From positions 6,240,001 to 6,304,000 of the forward strand of contig CBDETY010000003.1 of the NCBI GenBank assembly GCA_965243025.1: a DNA stretch of 64,000 nucleotides. The letters are read 5' to 3'. The stretch comes from Candidatus Latescibacterota bacterium (GTDB lineage Bacteria > Latescibacterota > UBA2968 > UBA8231). A program made the translations under genes and the position numbers. How positions within the stretch are numbered: the stretch's first letter is position 1; the number at the start of each line of letters is the position of its first letter. Of this stretch, positions 16,078-25,692 are shown one piece after another. The notes under the pieces were generated by a model, which was given only the letters and a program-made list of their open reading frames with translations, was not told the DNA's origin and did not search any database.

Positions 16078-16211
16078 GCCGCCAACCTCGCGGAGAAGGT
16101 TGCTCAACAGGGAAGCGGGGTCATGGGGCCGATTACAAGGGCGGACCCCCGGGGGGGGATCCCGCGATTCAAAGGTGATGGGCGCAAACACCCGATCCAG
16201 GGGCGCAGGGG

Positions 16212-16420
16212 CGGCCGCAGCCCGGATGGACTGTTGCAACGGTCTGCCTGTGTCCCGTCTGCAGAGATAGATAGACACAATCGGGATGCCGAGGCGCCCG
16301 GCTCACAAGGCGCCTGAGCGAGTCGTACCGAGGTACCGAGGGCATACGGCGAGTGAAGGCAACGCCGTAATCGGCCTCCAGGGCCGGCCGCAGCCCGGGT
16401 TGACCAACCCAAAGGTCTGC
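16212..16420. repeat. Two imperfect 36-bp direct repeats (16212-16247, 16385-16420), possible degenerate MITE remnant
   Basis: cggccgcagcccggatggactgttgcaacggtctgc versus cggccgcagcccgggttgaccaacccaaaggtctgc; ungapped, identical at both ends. Confidence 0.5.
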
Positions 16421-17601
16421 TAAGGGCTGCGGAAGATCGCGAAGGCGCTGGTGTACCCGTGCAGGTAGGTCGAGCCGCCGACCTGTCCGATCTCGCCGCC
16501 GCAGAAGAATCCCCCCAGGGGCACCTCCCCGACCGCGTCGGAGAACAGCCGCGAGTCGTGGCCGGGCTCGCCGAAGAAGGCCTGGCCGCGGCCGTTGCAG
16601 GAAAACAGCAGGACTCCGTCCGGGGCGGCGTCCCGTTTCTCGCGCCGGTAGCGCTCGAGCATCAGGGTGAGGTCCTCGGAGGCCGTGTCGCTGTCGCGCA
16701 GGTGGAAGCGGACCGTCTGCCCGGTGCGCAGCTTGTCGCCGACGGCGATGGTCCCCTTCTCGTGGTCGAGCTGCAGGACGTTGCGGATGAGGTAGTCCCC
16801 CTGGCCGAGATCTTCCTTCAGCTCGGTGGAGGCGATGCCGACGTGCAGGGCCCGCCTCAGCAGCTCTTGGTCCTGCTCCCCGAGGCTGTGGTAGAGATCG
16901 ATGAGGGACTCGACCGCGGAGCGCCCGTCCAGCTCCGAGAGGAAGTAGCCGCTGCATCCGGTCACCGTCATCGGCTCGCCGATGGCGCGGCAGCCCTGGG
17001 CGACCACCGTGTCGACGGCGACCGCCCCCTGGAGGGCGGCGCCGACGCAGCCGCCTGCCTGCACCTCGCCGTCGAGAAAGAGGCGGTTCCCCTGCAGGCC
17101 CGAGGCGAGGCCCCCGACCTTGGTGGCGTCCGCGTAGGCGTAGTCGAGCCCCATGAGCAGCGGCCGCGGATCGAACCCCTCGGCCCCGGCGGGGTCGACG
17201 AGCATCAGGAAGTGGGGGGTGGGCTCCCTGTCGACGCCGAGGGCCTCGACCCACCGGTCCGGTCCGCTGTCGAGGTCGGGCAGATCCCCCGGGCCCAGGT
17301 GGAAGGGGGTGATCTCCACCCCGGGCAGCACCGCCGCGGTGAGCGCCAGCCCGGGCACATCCTCGAGCTCGCGGCCGCCGCCGATCACGCCGATGGCGGT
17401 GCAGCCGATGAAGGTCTTCGGCGCGAAGCTGTTGGCGATCAGGCGCGGCAGCCTGTCGAGGTCATCCTCGTAGTGGGGGGTGACGAAGGCGGTGACGAGG
17501 TCGGCGGTCGCGTTTCCGGTCTGCCGGGCAAGCTCGCGCTTGAGCTCGGCCACGGCGGCGGTGATTTCTCTCTCGGTGGAAACGGCTGATGCCCACTGCA
17601 T
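16420..17601 (-). CDS. FIST N/C domain protein
   Basis: IGCTAIGVIGG, VGGLASG, VVAQGCRAIG, DYLIRNV, GQTVRFHLRD, LFSCNGRG, GFFCGGEIG...LHGYTS. Confidence 0.92.
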   Translation of the reverse strand: MQWASAVSTEREITAAVAELKRELARQTGNATADLVTAFVTPHYEDDLDRLPRLIANSFAPKTFIGCTAIGVIGGGRELEDVPGLALTAAVLPGVEITPFHLGPGDLPDLDSGPDRWVEALGVDREPTPHFLMLVDPAGAEGFDPRPLLMGLDYAYADATKVGGLASGLQGNRLFLDGEVQAGGCVGAALQGAVAVDTVVAQGCRAIGEPMTVTGCSGYFLSELDGRSAVESLIDLYHSLGEQDQELLRRALHVGIASTELKEDLGQGDYLIRNVLQLDHEKGTIAVGDKLRTGQTVRFHLRDSDTASEDLTLMLERYRREKRDAAPDGVLLFSCNGRGQAFFGEPGHDSRLFSDAVGEVPLGGFFCGGEIGQVGGSTYLHGYTSAFAIFRSP

Positions 17602-17704
17602 GGGTCGATCCTCCGTGGCGAAGGCGGGACGAGGCCGGCGGGGGGAGGTGCGCGAACCCTGGCGGCTGCTTGATGAATATGGATTAAATCCGCTTGTTCA
17701 CAAC

Positions 17705-18529
17705 ATGATCGTCGAGTGGAACACCCACATGTTCAGCGCCGACCAGGAGCGCTTCCCCCTCCACCGCGACGCCCCCTACCAGCCGGAGCTGGAGGCCGAT
17801 CCGCTGGCGCGGTACCTCGGCCACATGGAGGAGGAGGGCATCGACCGCGCCGTCCTCGTGCAGGCGTCGACGTACTGGGACGACCACCGCCTGATCCTCG
17901 ACTGCCTGCGCCGCGAGCCGGACAGGCTGCGCGGCACCTGCCTGTTCCGCAGCGGCGACGACGGCGCCCCGCGGGCGATGCGGGAGCTGGTGGCCGCCGA
18001 GCCGCGCATCGTCGCCTGGCGCCACTACGGGGTCGGAGGCCGGGACGGGCCCCTGGTGGAGCGCTTCGACGACTGGGTGCTGCGCCAGTGGCGGGAAGCC
18101 GCCGGGCTCGGGCTCGTCGTCGAGCTGCTGATAAACGGCATCTACGCCAGGGCCGCTGCCGACGCCATCCGCCGCGTCCCCGACTGCACCGTGCTCCTCG
18201 ACCACCTGTGCGAACCCCACACCACCAGCGCCGTCGAGTACGCCCACGTCCTCGACCTCGCCGGCTTCGACCAGGTGTACATGAAGCTCTCCGGGCTCAA
18301 CCACTTCGCCCCGGATCCTCCCCTGTTCGAGAGCGCCAGGCCGCTCACGGCCAGGGTGGCCGAGGCGTTCGGCCCGCGGCGCATGGTCTGGGGCAGCGGC
18401 ACCCCGCGCATCGTCGACGCCCATCTGGAGTCGTACAGCGAGGAGGAGCGGGCCCTGGTCAAGGGGGAGAACCTCGCGGCTCTCCTCGGTCTTTCGCGAA
18501 CGGCGGCAGGTGGACCCGGGCCGCGCTGA
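17705..18529 (+). CDS. Amidohydrolase_2 family protein
   Basis: MIVEWNTHMF, GIDRAVLVQ, VLLDHL, VYMKLSG, AFGPRRMVWGS. Confidence 0.85.
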   Translation: MIVEWNTHMFSADQERFPLHRDAPYQPELEADPLARYLGHMEEEGIDRAVLVQASTYWDDHRLILDCLRREPDRLRGTCLFRSGDDGAPRAMRELVAAEPRIVAWRHYGVGGRDGPLVERFDDWVLRQWREAAGLGLVVELLINGIYARAAADAIRRVPDCTVLLDHLCEPHTTSAVEYAHVLDLAGFDQVYMKLSGLNHFAPDPPLFESARPLTARVAEAFGPRRMVWGSGTPRIVDAHLESYSEEERALVKGENLAALLGLSRTAAGGPGPR

Positions 18530-18595
18530 TCCAGGGGCGGACCGCGGACCGCGGAGCGTGAGTCCCGGAGAGGGAGCCCGGAAAGTCAGACCGGA

Positions 18596-19474
18596 ATGAA
18601 ATACAGGACGCTGGGCAGAACGGGACTGAAGGTGAGCGAGGTCAGCCTCGGGGGAGCCTACATCGGCGGCACCGACCCCGAGAACCGCCGGCAGAACGCC
18701 GTCGAGCTGGTGTCGCGGGCCCTGGAGCTGGGGGTCAACTACATCGACACCGCCCCCCTGTACGGCGACAGCGAGGAGCTCCTCGGAGAGGCGCTGGCCG
18801 CCGCGGGCGAACCGGTGCAGGTGGCGACCAAGTTCGGTTTCGACCCCGAGGACTTCGACTACAGCGCCGGTGCGGTCCTGCGCAGCCTGGAGCGCAGCCT
18901 CCGGCGGCTCGGCGTCGAGCGCCTGACCACGGCGCAGATCCACGAGGTCAACCTCCCCGGATGGGAGCGCATAACCGGACCGGGGGGCGCCCTCGAGGGA
19001 CTGCGGGCGGCGCAGAAGCAGGGGATGTGCGATTACATCGGCATCACCGGCCGGGCCATTCCGCTGCTGGGGCGGCTGGCGGCGACCGGGGAGTTCGACA
19101 CCCTGCTCGTGTACCACGACTACCATCCGGTCTCGCGGCTCGCGGCCGAAGCGGTGATCCCGGCGGCGGCAGCGGCCGGCATGGGGATCGTCGTCGCCAC
19201 CATCCTCGCCGGCGGCCTCTTCGGGTACAGCGAGAGAAGGGATGCGGTGCTCGCCGGCCTCGAGCCGGCGGAGCGCAGCCGCGCCGCGAAGGTGCTGGAA
19301 CAGCTGCGCCGGCAACCTGGAACCCTGCCGCAGAACGCCTTCCGCTGGGTCCTGGCGGACGAGCGCGTCAGCACCGCCTGCAGCGGCGCCGGAAAGGTCG
19401 CCGAGCTCGAGGAGGTGGCGGCCGCCTCGGAGATGCCCCCCCTCGACCGGGGCGCGGCGACGGGAGCGGCGTGA
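18596..19474 (+). CDS. Aldo/keto reductase
   Basis: YRTLGRTGLKVSEVSLG, GVNYIDTAPLYGDSEELLG, VATKFG, SLERSLRRL. Confidence 0.93.
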   Translation: MKYRTLGRTGLKVSEVSLGGAYIGGTDPENRRQNAVELVSRALELGVNYIDTAPLYGDSEELLGEALAAAGEPVQVATKFGFDPEDFDYSAGAVLRSLERSLRRLGVERLTTAQIHEVNLPGWERITGPGGALEGLRAAQKQGMCDYIGITGRAIPLLGRLAATGEFDTLLVYHDYHPVSRLAAEAVIPAAAAAGMGIVVATILAGGLFGYSERRDAVLAGLEPAERSRAAKVLEQLRRQPGTLPQNAFRWVLADERVSTACSGAGKVAELEEVAAASEMPPLDRGAATGAA

Positions 19475-20235
19475 TGCCCGGGCGTCCGTACATCCTCGCC
19501 GAAACCACCTGGAAGACGGTCCGGGACACCGGGTACGAGGTCGCGGTGCTGCCCTGGGGAGCGACCGAGGCCCACAACTACCACCTTCCCTACGCGACCG
19601 ACGTCATCGAATCGGACAGGATCGCCGCGGAAGCGGCGCGGCTGGCCTGGGAGCGGGGGGCCAGGAACGTCGTGCTGCCGGCGATTCCGTACGGGGTCAA
19701 CACCGGCCAGCTCGACATCAGGCTCGACATCAATCTCAATCCGTCGACGCAGCTGGCGGTGCTGCAGGACATCGTCGAGGTCCTCGACCACCAGGGGATC
19801 CCCAAGCTCGTCATACTCAACGGCCACGGCGGCAACGATTTCCGCCAGATGGTGCGGGAGCTGACGCGGCGCTGCCAGACCTTCCTCTGCATCGTCGACT
19901 GGTTCCGGCTCGTCGACGCCGGGATCTTCGACGAGGTCGGGGACCACGCCGGAGAGATGGAGACCAGCCTGATGCAGTTCCTCGCCCCGGAGCTGGTCCT
20001 GCCCCTGTCGCAGGCGGGGCCCGGCAGGGAGAGGAAGTTCAGGATCCGGGCGCTGCGCGAGGGCCGGGCCTGGTCGCAGCGCGACTGGACAAGGGCCGCC
20101 CCCGACACCGGCGTCGGCGACCCGGGGCCCGCGACTCCTGAGAAGGGGGAGCGCTGCTTCTCCCTGCTCACCGCGGAGATCGCCGATTTCCTCGTCGACC
20201 TGGCGGCGGCGGATACGGGCGACCTTTACGAGTAA
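19474..20235 (+). CDS. Creatininase family amidohydrolase
   Basis: TGATG coupling to the upstream gene. VLPWGATEAHNYHLPYATD, ILNGHGGN, DHAGEMETS. Confidence 0.92.
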   Translation: MPGRPYILAETTWKTVRDTGYEVAVLPWGATEAHNYHLPYATDVIESDRIAAEAARLAWERGARNVVLPAIPYGVNTGQLDIRLDINLNPSTQLAVLQDIVEVLDHQGIPKLVILNGHGGNDFRQMVRELTRRCQTFLCIVDWFRLVDAGIFDEVGDHAGEMETSLMQFLAPELVLPLSQAGPGRERKFRIRALREGRAWSQRDWTRAAPDTGVGDPGPATPEKGERCFSLLTAEIADFLVDLAAADTGDLYE

Positions 20236-20245
20236 GGCCTTCGCG

Positions 20246-22171
20246 ATGGCTGCCGCGCTGCTGGCGCTCTGCATCGGCGCCCTGACCCCCGGGGCGGGCG
20301 AGGGGTTGACCCTGTTCCGCATCGGCGGCCCGCCTCCCGAGGAACAGGGGATCGACGTCGTCCACCTCTCATGGGAAGAGGCCGCCGCCGGCTACGGCGG
20401 CTCGGTCCGGTCCCTCGACTTCGAGGAAGGGAGGATTGCCCCGGTCCTGCTCGATCCGGACCGCAACATCTCCCTCGACGTCCTGGCCCTGGGGGGCGCC
20501 CCCTTCGGCGCCAAGCACGTGAGGACGGAAAACGAGTTCCACCTGAGAGTAGTGGACGGAGATCCGACCACGGCGTTCGAGGAAGCCGATGTCAGGGAAC
20601 TGATCGAACACCCGTTCATCGGGATCGACCTGGGGGGCCTCCTGCCGGTCAAGCGGGTGGTGTTCTATCCCACCCCCGACGGCCAGGACCGGTTCGTGGA
20701 AGACTTCAAGATCTACCTCTTCGGCGGCGACCCCTCCCTTCTTTTCAGTCCGCTGGGCAACGTGCGGAACTACGACCTGGTGGCGAGTGTCGAGGACAAC
20801 CGAAGCCCCCGGGTGGAGGTCGCGATTCCGACCCGGCTGGCGCACACGGTAATGGTCGTCATCGGAAACCCCCACAGCCGGGAAAGAACCATCAGGCCCT
20901 GGGAGGTCGCCGAGCTCGAGATCTACGGAGAGGGGTACGCCCCGGCCGCCACGTACACCTCCCGCATCCTCGATCTGGGGGGTGTGTCGATCCTCGGCGA
21001 GGTCCGCTGGCGGGAGAGGAAGGACCCCGGCGCCAGTGTGGAGATCAGGAGCCGCAGCGGCGCCGACGAGGACCCGGTCCGCTACTGGCGCCTTACCGGC
21101 CGCGGGGAGGAGCGCAGCTACCGCGACGGAAGGGGGCGGCCCCTGACCCGGGAGGAGTACGAGGGGATAGTGTTGACCGAGCAGGCGGGCACGAGCCACG
21201 ACGCCGACAACTGGAGCTTCTGGTCGGCTCCGTACGCCGGGGAAGAGACCGCGGATTTCGCTTCTCCGGGGCCGAATCGATACCTGCAGTTCCAGGTCGG
21301 GTTCGAGAACTCCGGTTTTTCCGGAGGGGAGATGGCGCACCTGGAGTTCGAGATGACCTCGCCGCCGGTGGCGCGGCAGGTCGTCGGCGAGGTGTCGCCG
21401 CCGCTGGCGACCGCGGGAAGGGAGACCGCCTTCGTGTATGCCTTCAGGCCGGCCTTCACCGCGGACCCGGAGGGGGCCGAGTCCGGTTTCGACCGCTTCG
21501 GTCTCAGAACCCCCGGTGAGCTGACCGGGGTGGACTCGGTCCGCGTGAACGGCGACCTCGTTCCCTGCGAAGCCTGGATCGACGGGAGCTCCGATCCCGT
21601 GGCGTGCGCGGACGCTGCGGTCCCCATCCCCGGGGCCCGGGTGGCGCTGCGGCTGCCCCGCATGGAGACCGTCGACAGCGGCAAGGTGGTCGAGGTCTTC
21701 TTCCGGGCGCGGGTGTTCCGCTTCGGGACGGTGTTCGACGGGGTGGTGTCGGACAGCGGACGCCCGGGAGAGGTGGGGCAGGCGGTGACCGCAGGGGACG
21801 CGACCTTCGCCCTCGACAGCAACCGCCTGTCGGTGGGCATGGAGCTGTCCGGCTCGCTGCTGCAGCAGGTCGGCGCGAGCAGTCCGGTGGTGACGCCGAA
21901 CGGAGACGGGGTCAACGACGAGGTCTCCTTTCAGTACACGCTGCTGCAGCTGGCCGGCGCCCAGGTGGTGACCGTGGACCTGTACGATCTCGGCGGCCGT
22001 CTGGTGCGGCGGGTGTACGAGGGGTTGGAGGCGAGCGGCCGCCGGGAACGGCCCTGGGACGGCCGCGGGGACCGCGGACTGCTGCCGCCCGGGGTCTACC
22101 TGTACCGGGTGCAGGTAGACGCGGACTCGCGCCGGGCCGAGGCCGGCGGCGTGATCAACGTCGCCTATTGA
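20246..22171 (+). CDS. Secreted protein with discoidin-like N-region and C-terminal TPNGDGxND/FlgD-Ig domain (paralog 1)
   Basis: Signal peptide, then LTLFRIGG; VDGDPTT; C-terminal VTPNGDGVND...DLGGRLVR...WDGR...PPGVYLYRV...NVAY. Homologous to the genes at 47495, 49640 and 52192. Confidence 0.8.
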   Translation: MAAALLALCIGALTPGAGEGLTLFRIGGPPPEEQGIDVVHLSWEEAAAGYGGSVRSLDFEEGRIAPVLLDPDRNISLDVLALGGAPFGAKHVRTENEFHLRVVDGDPTTAFEEADVRELIEHPFIGIDLGGLLPVKRVVFYPTPDGQDRFVEDFKIYLFGGDPSLLFSPLGNVRNYDLVASVEDNRSPRVEVAIPTRLAHTVMVVIGNPHSRERTIRPWEVAELEIYGEGYAPAATYTSRILDLGGVSILGEVRWRERKDPGASVEIRSRSGADEDPVRYWRLTGRGEERSYRDGRGRPLTREEYEGIVLTEQAGTSHDADNWSFWSAPYAGEETADFASPGPNRYLQFQVGFENSGFSGGEMAHLEFEMTSPPVARQVVGEVSPPLATAGRETAFVYAFRPAFTADPEGAESGFDRFGLRTPGELTGVDSVRVNGDLVPCEAWIDGSSDPVACADAAVPIPGARVALRLPRMETVDSGKVVEVFFRARVFRFGTVFDGVVSDSGRPGEVGQAVTAGDATFALDSNRLSVGMELSGSLLQQVGASSPVVTPNGDGVNDEVSFQYTLLQLAGAQVVTVDLYDLGGRLVRRVYEGLEASGRRERPWDGRGDRGLLPPGVYLYRVQVDADSRRAEAGGVINVAY

Positions 22172-22294
22172 GGAGGCTCCCGAACCGGATATATTGGGCG
22201 GCCCGAAGTAACGGCATCTACCACCGACGGGAGGGCGGGCCTTGCGAGACGCCGCCTGAAGCACCCGGCGTACCGAAACGGACAGGAGATACAG

Positions 22295-23083
22295 ATGGAA
22301 TTCGATGGCAAAGTCGTAATCGTGACCGGCGGCGCCCAGGGGATCGGGCGCGGCATCTGCGAGGCCTTCGCCCGGGCCGGGGCCAACGTGCTGTGCGGCG
22401 ACCTCAACGAGCGGACGGGAGAGGCCCTGGCCGGCGACGGGGAGAGCGCCGGCCGCGGCGAGATCCGCTTTCACAAGGCCGACGTGTCGCGGAACTCCGG
22501 CTGCGAGGCCCTCGTGGGCCGCGCCCTGGCGGACTGGGGCGGGGTCGACGTGCTCTGCAACAACGTCGGCATCCAGCCGCCGGACAGCTACGTCCCCGCC
22601 CACGAGTTGAGCGAGGATCAGTGGGACCGCATCATCGACATCAACCTCAAGAGCTTCTTCCTGATGACGCGGCTCTGCGTTCCCGAGATGAAGAAGCGCG
22701 GCGGCGGCGCCATCATTAACACCGCCAGCGTCCAGGGGCTGCAGTCGATGAAGGGGGTGGCGCCCTACGCCGCCAGCAAGGGGGGGATCCTGTCGCTGAC
22801 GCGGCAGCTCGCCCTCGAGTACGCCGAGGACAACATCCGCGTGCTGGCGATAAATCCCGGTACCATCGAGACGCCGCTGGTAACCGACGCCGCCGACGGC
22901 ATGGGCAAGCCGCTGGAGGAGATGAAGGCGATCTGGGGCGCCGTCCACCCGATGAACCGCATCGGTCAGCCGGGCGAGATCGGCAGCGTCGCGGTGTTTC
23001 TCGCCAGCGACGGGGCCTCCTTCATGACCGGCGAGTACGTCTGCGTCGACGGCGGCATGATGGCCAAGGGGGCCTGGGCCTGA
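22295..23083 (+). CDS. SDR family NAD(P)-dependent oxidoreductase
   Basis: TGGAQGIG, NNVGI, YAASK, NPGTIET, ASFMTG..VCVDGG. Confidence 0.95.
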   Translation: MEFDGKVVIVTGGAQGIGRGICEAFARAGANVLCGDLNERTGEALAGDGESAGRGEIRFHKADVSRNSGCEALVGRALADWGGVDVLCNNVGIQPPDSYVPAHELSEDQWDRIIDINLKSFFLMTRLCVPEMKKRGGGAIINTASVQGLQSMKGVAPYAASKGGILSLTRQLALEYAEDNIRVLAINPGTIETPLVTDAADGMGKPLEEMKAIWGAVHPMNRIGQPGEIGSVAVFLASDGASFMTGEYVCVDGGMMAKGAWA

Positions 23084-23092
23084 GCGCCGCCC

Positions 23093-25576
23093 TCATTCCG
23101 CGAGCAGTCCCTCCCGCAGGTACCACGAGGTAGTGCGCTCGGCTCCGAGCAGCAGGGGCTGTCCGCTGCGCTGGAGGCGGAACAGCAGCTGCTTCCCGAA
23201 ACCCCGGTAGGCGCTGACCGGCAGCTCCTGGCCGATCAGCCTCGGGGCGAGCCGGTCCCAGTCGATCAGCCCGAGCCGGGGGAGCTCTTCGATGACCACG
23301 GGCCGGTCCGGCCTCAGCCCCGCGCGTTCCCTGGCGAGCCGCAGGGCGGTCATGAGTCCCCCGAGTTCGTCCACGAGCCCCGCCTCCACAGCCTGCGATC
23401 CGGACCAGATGCGCCCCCCGGCGACCGCCTCGATCGCTGCGGCCGGCTGCCCGCGGGCGGCGGCCACCTCCCCGACGAAGCGGTCGTAGGTGGAGCCGAT
23501 CGCCGCGGAGACGATGGCGCGCTCCTCCTCCCGGAGATTGCGGTCCGGCAGCGTTCCGAGGAGAGGAAGCTCCATGCCGAACGGCAGGTCGGCGCGCGCC
23601 CCCGCCTGCACGCGATCGGTCGACAGGCCGAGCTTTTCCTTGAGTCCGCGGTTGTAGAACCAGCCGAAAATCACGCCGATCGATCCGGTCAGGGTCACCG
23701 GTGCGGCGACGATGCTGTCGGCGTACATCGAGATCCAGTATCCCCCCGAGGCGGCGACCGCCCCCTGCGAGACGATCACCGGTTTCTCCTCCTTCAGGCG
23801 GCGTACCGCGTCGCCGACAAGGTCGGAGGCCAGCACCTCCCCTCCGGGCGAGTCGACGCGCAGGACCACCGCCTTGACGCGGCCGTCCTCGCGCACGCGC
23901 TCGATATCGGCGACCAGCCGGCGGGCGCCGATGCCGGAATCCATGGCGCAGACACCGAGTGCGTAAAGCACCGCCAGGCGCGGGGGCTCTCCCCAGGTGC
24001 GGTCAGGCTCCGGCGCCAGCGAGCCCGGCCCGGCCTCGGCGACGGTCCGGCCCTCGAGGGACTCGATGGCGGCATCGACGGCATCCCAGCGCGCCAGGGT
24101 GTCGACGAGTCCGTGGGCCCGGGCGTCCTCGGGCAGGAACAGGGTGACCTCGTCGACGAGACGGTCGACCTCCCCCTCCTCGAGGCCGCGAGCCGCGGCG
24201 ATGTCGGCGCGCGCCCGCGAGTACACGTCGTCGAGAAAGGCCTGCCACTGCTCCCTGTCGGCCTCCGACATCGAGTCGCGGACCAGCGGCTCCATGGCGG
24301 ACTTGTACTCCCGGTAGCGCAGCTCCTCGACGCCGACGCCGATGCGGTCGAGGGCGCCCTTGAGGTAAGTGCCGCCGGCGACGAAACCCTCGAGCATGAG
24401 CAGGCCCGAGGGGTCGAGGAGTATGCGGTCGGCGACCGAGGCGAGGTGATAGAGCCGCAGGCCGGCGTTGTCGATGTAGATCACCACCCGTTTGCCGTCG
24501 TCGCGCAGGGCCTGAAGCTGCTGCCGCAGCTCCCAGCTGTTCTCGTAGCCGATGCGAATCCCCGAGAGGTTGAGGGCGACGCCCCCGATCCCGGGATCGG
24601 TGCGGGCGCGCTCGATCAGGGAAAGCAGGGAGATCAGGGTGCGCGAGCCGTCGAACAGGGCGTGGCGGCGGTACCTCACCGGACCGTTGAGCTTCATGTG
24701 CAGGTAGCGCGGGCGCCCCCGTTTCAACGGGGACAAGCCGTCGCCCTGGAAACCGGCGAGGCTGACCGAGTACAGGCCGCGCGGGCTCTCGCCGCCGTCG
24801 CCGTCCAGATCGACCAGGCTTCCGGTCTGCACGGCGCTGTCCCCTAGCCCGAACCGCAGACCGACGGCCGCGAAGCGGTCGTTGCGGTAGCGGGCGCTGA
24901 GCGCGAGGCCGTGCCACAGCTCGAAGGCGGCGCCGGCGCTCCAGAAGCGGTCGCCCCCGGCCCTGTCGTTGGCTGCCGCCGCGTCGGCGAAAAGGGTGAG
25001 GCGTGGCGACCCCAGGGGCCGTACCCCGACGTCCACCGCAGCTTCCCGGGCCCGGGCCCGCAGGTCGGAGGTCCAGGTGAGGCCGAGAGAAAGGCGGGGG
25101 GAAGGCCGCAGCAGCGAGCCGAGGGAGAACAGGCTCTCAGGCCGCAGGGTGCGCGGGCCTCTTCCCCAGCCGAAACCGGCGCCGAAGCTGGCGGCGCGAT
25201 CACCTCCGGAGATGGCGAGCCGGTACTCGTCCACCTCCCACTTGCCGCGGTCGTTCAGCGACTGCCGCAGGAGGCCGAAACCGATCCGCGGGAGGGCGGT
25301 GAACGTCCCCCATTCATTGCCGCCCCCGGGGCCGCGGTCCGACCAGGCGAAGGTCGACTCCAGGCCGCGGACGTGGGTGAGAACCGCGGGGTTTACGAAG
25401 CCGTAGAGACCGCCGTTCGCCCCGGGGACCGCGGGCATGAACTCGCTGCGCCCGGCGTAGGGCGCGAAGGGTTGGACAGGGTCGGAACTGCCGGCCCCCC
25501 CGGACGAAGCCGCGGCCAGCAGGACCGCGATCACGGCTTTCGAAAGGCGGCCGGGACTGCGGCCGGGCGGAATCAT
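23093..25576 (-). CDS. sppA: Signal peptide peptidase SppA (S49), long form with N-terminal beta-rich domain
   Basis: YKSAMEP, VVLRVDSPGG, VAASGGYWIS, TGSIGV, GRIWSG..A...GLVDELGG. Start is approximate (ATG 25576, followed by a signal-like segment). Confidence 0.85.
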   Translation of the reverse strand: MIPPGRSPGRLSKAVIAVLLAAASSGGAGSSDPVQPFAPYAGRSEFMPAVPGANGGLYGFVNPAVLTHVRGLESTFAWSDRGPGGGNEWGTFTALPRIGFGLLRQSLNDRGKWEVDEYRLAISGGDRAASFGAGFGWGRGPRTLRPESLFSLGSLLRPSPRLSLGLTWTSDLRARAREAAVDVGVRPLGSPRLTLFADAAAANDRAGGDRFWSAGAAFELWHGLALSARYRNDRFAAVGLRFGLGDSAVQTGSLVDLDGDGGESPRGLYSVSLAGFQGDGLSPLKRGRPRYLHMKLNGPVRYRRHALFDGSRTLISLLSLIERARTDPGIGGVALNLSGIRIGYENSWELRQQLQALRDDGKRVVIYIDNAGLRLYHLASVADRILLDPSGLLMLEGFVAGGTYLKGALDRIGVGVEELRYREYKSAMEPLVRDSMSEADREQWQAFLDDVYSRARADIAAARGLEEGEVDRLVDEVTLFLPEDARAHGLVDTLARWDAVDAAIESLEGRTVAEAGPGSLAPEPDRTWGEPPRLAVLYALGVCAMDSGIGARRLVADIERVREDGRVKAVVLRVDSPGGEVLASDLVGDAVRRLKEEKPVIVSQGAVAASGGYWISMYADSIVAAPVTLTGSIGVIFGWFYNRGLKEKLGLSTDRVQAGARADLPFGMELPLLGTLPDRNLREEERAIVSAAIGSTYDRFVGEVAAARGQPAAAIEAVAGGRIWSGSQAVEAGLVDELGGLMTALRLARERAGLRPDRPVVIEELPRLGLIDWDRLAPRLIGQELPVSAYRGFGKQLLFRLQRSGQPLLLGAERTTSWYLREGLLAE

Positions 25577-25692
25577 CGCGCCGGCAATGACTGACGGGAG
25601 CGCGGCAAGGAGCGCACGAACAGCATGCGTTCGCCAAAGCCCCGGGCTGGCGGGGACCTGGGGTGGCTGCCTCGGGGCAGGAAGGCAGGGGA

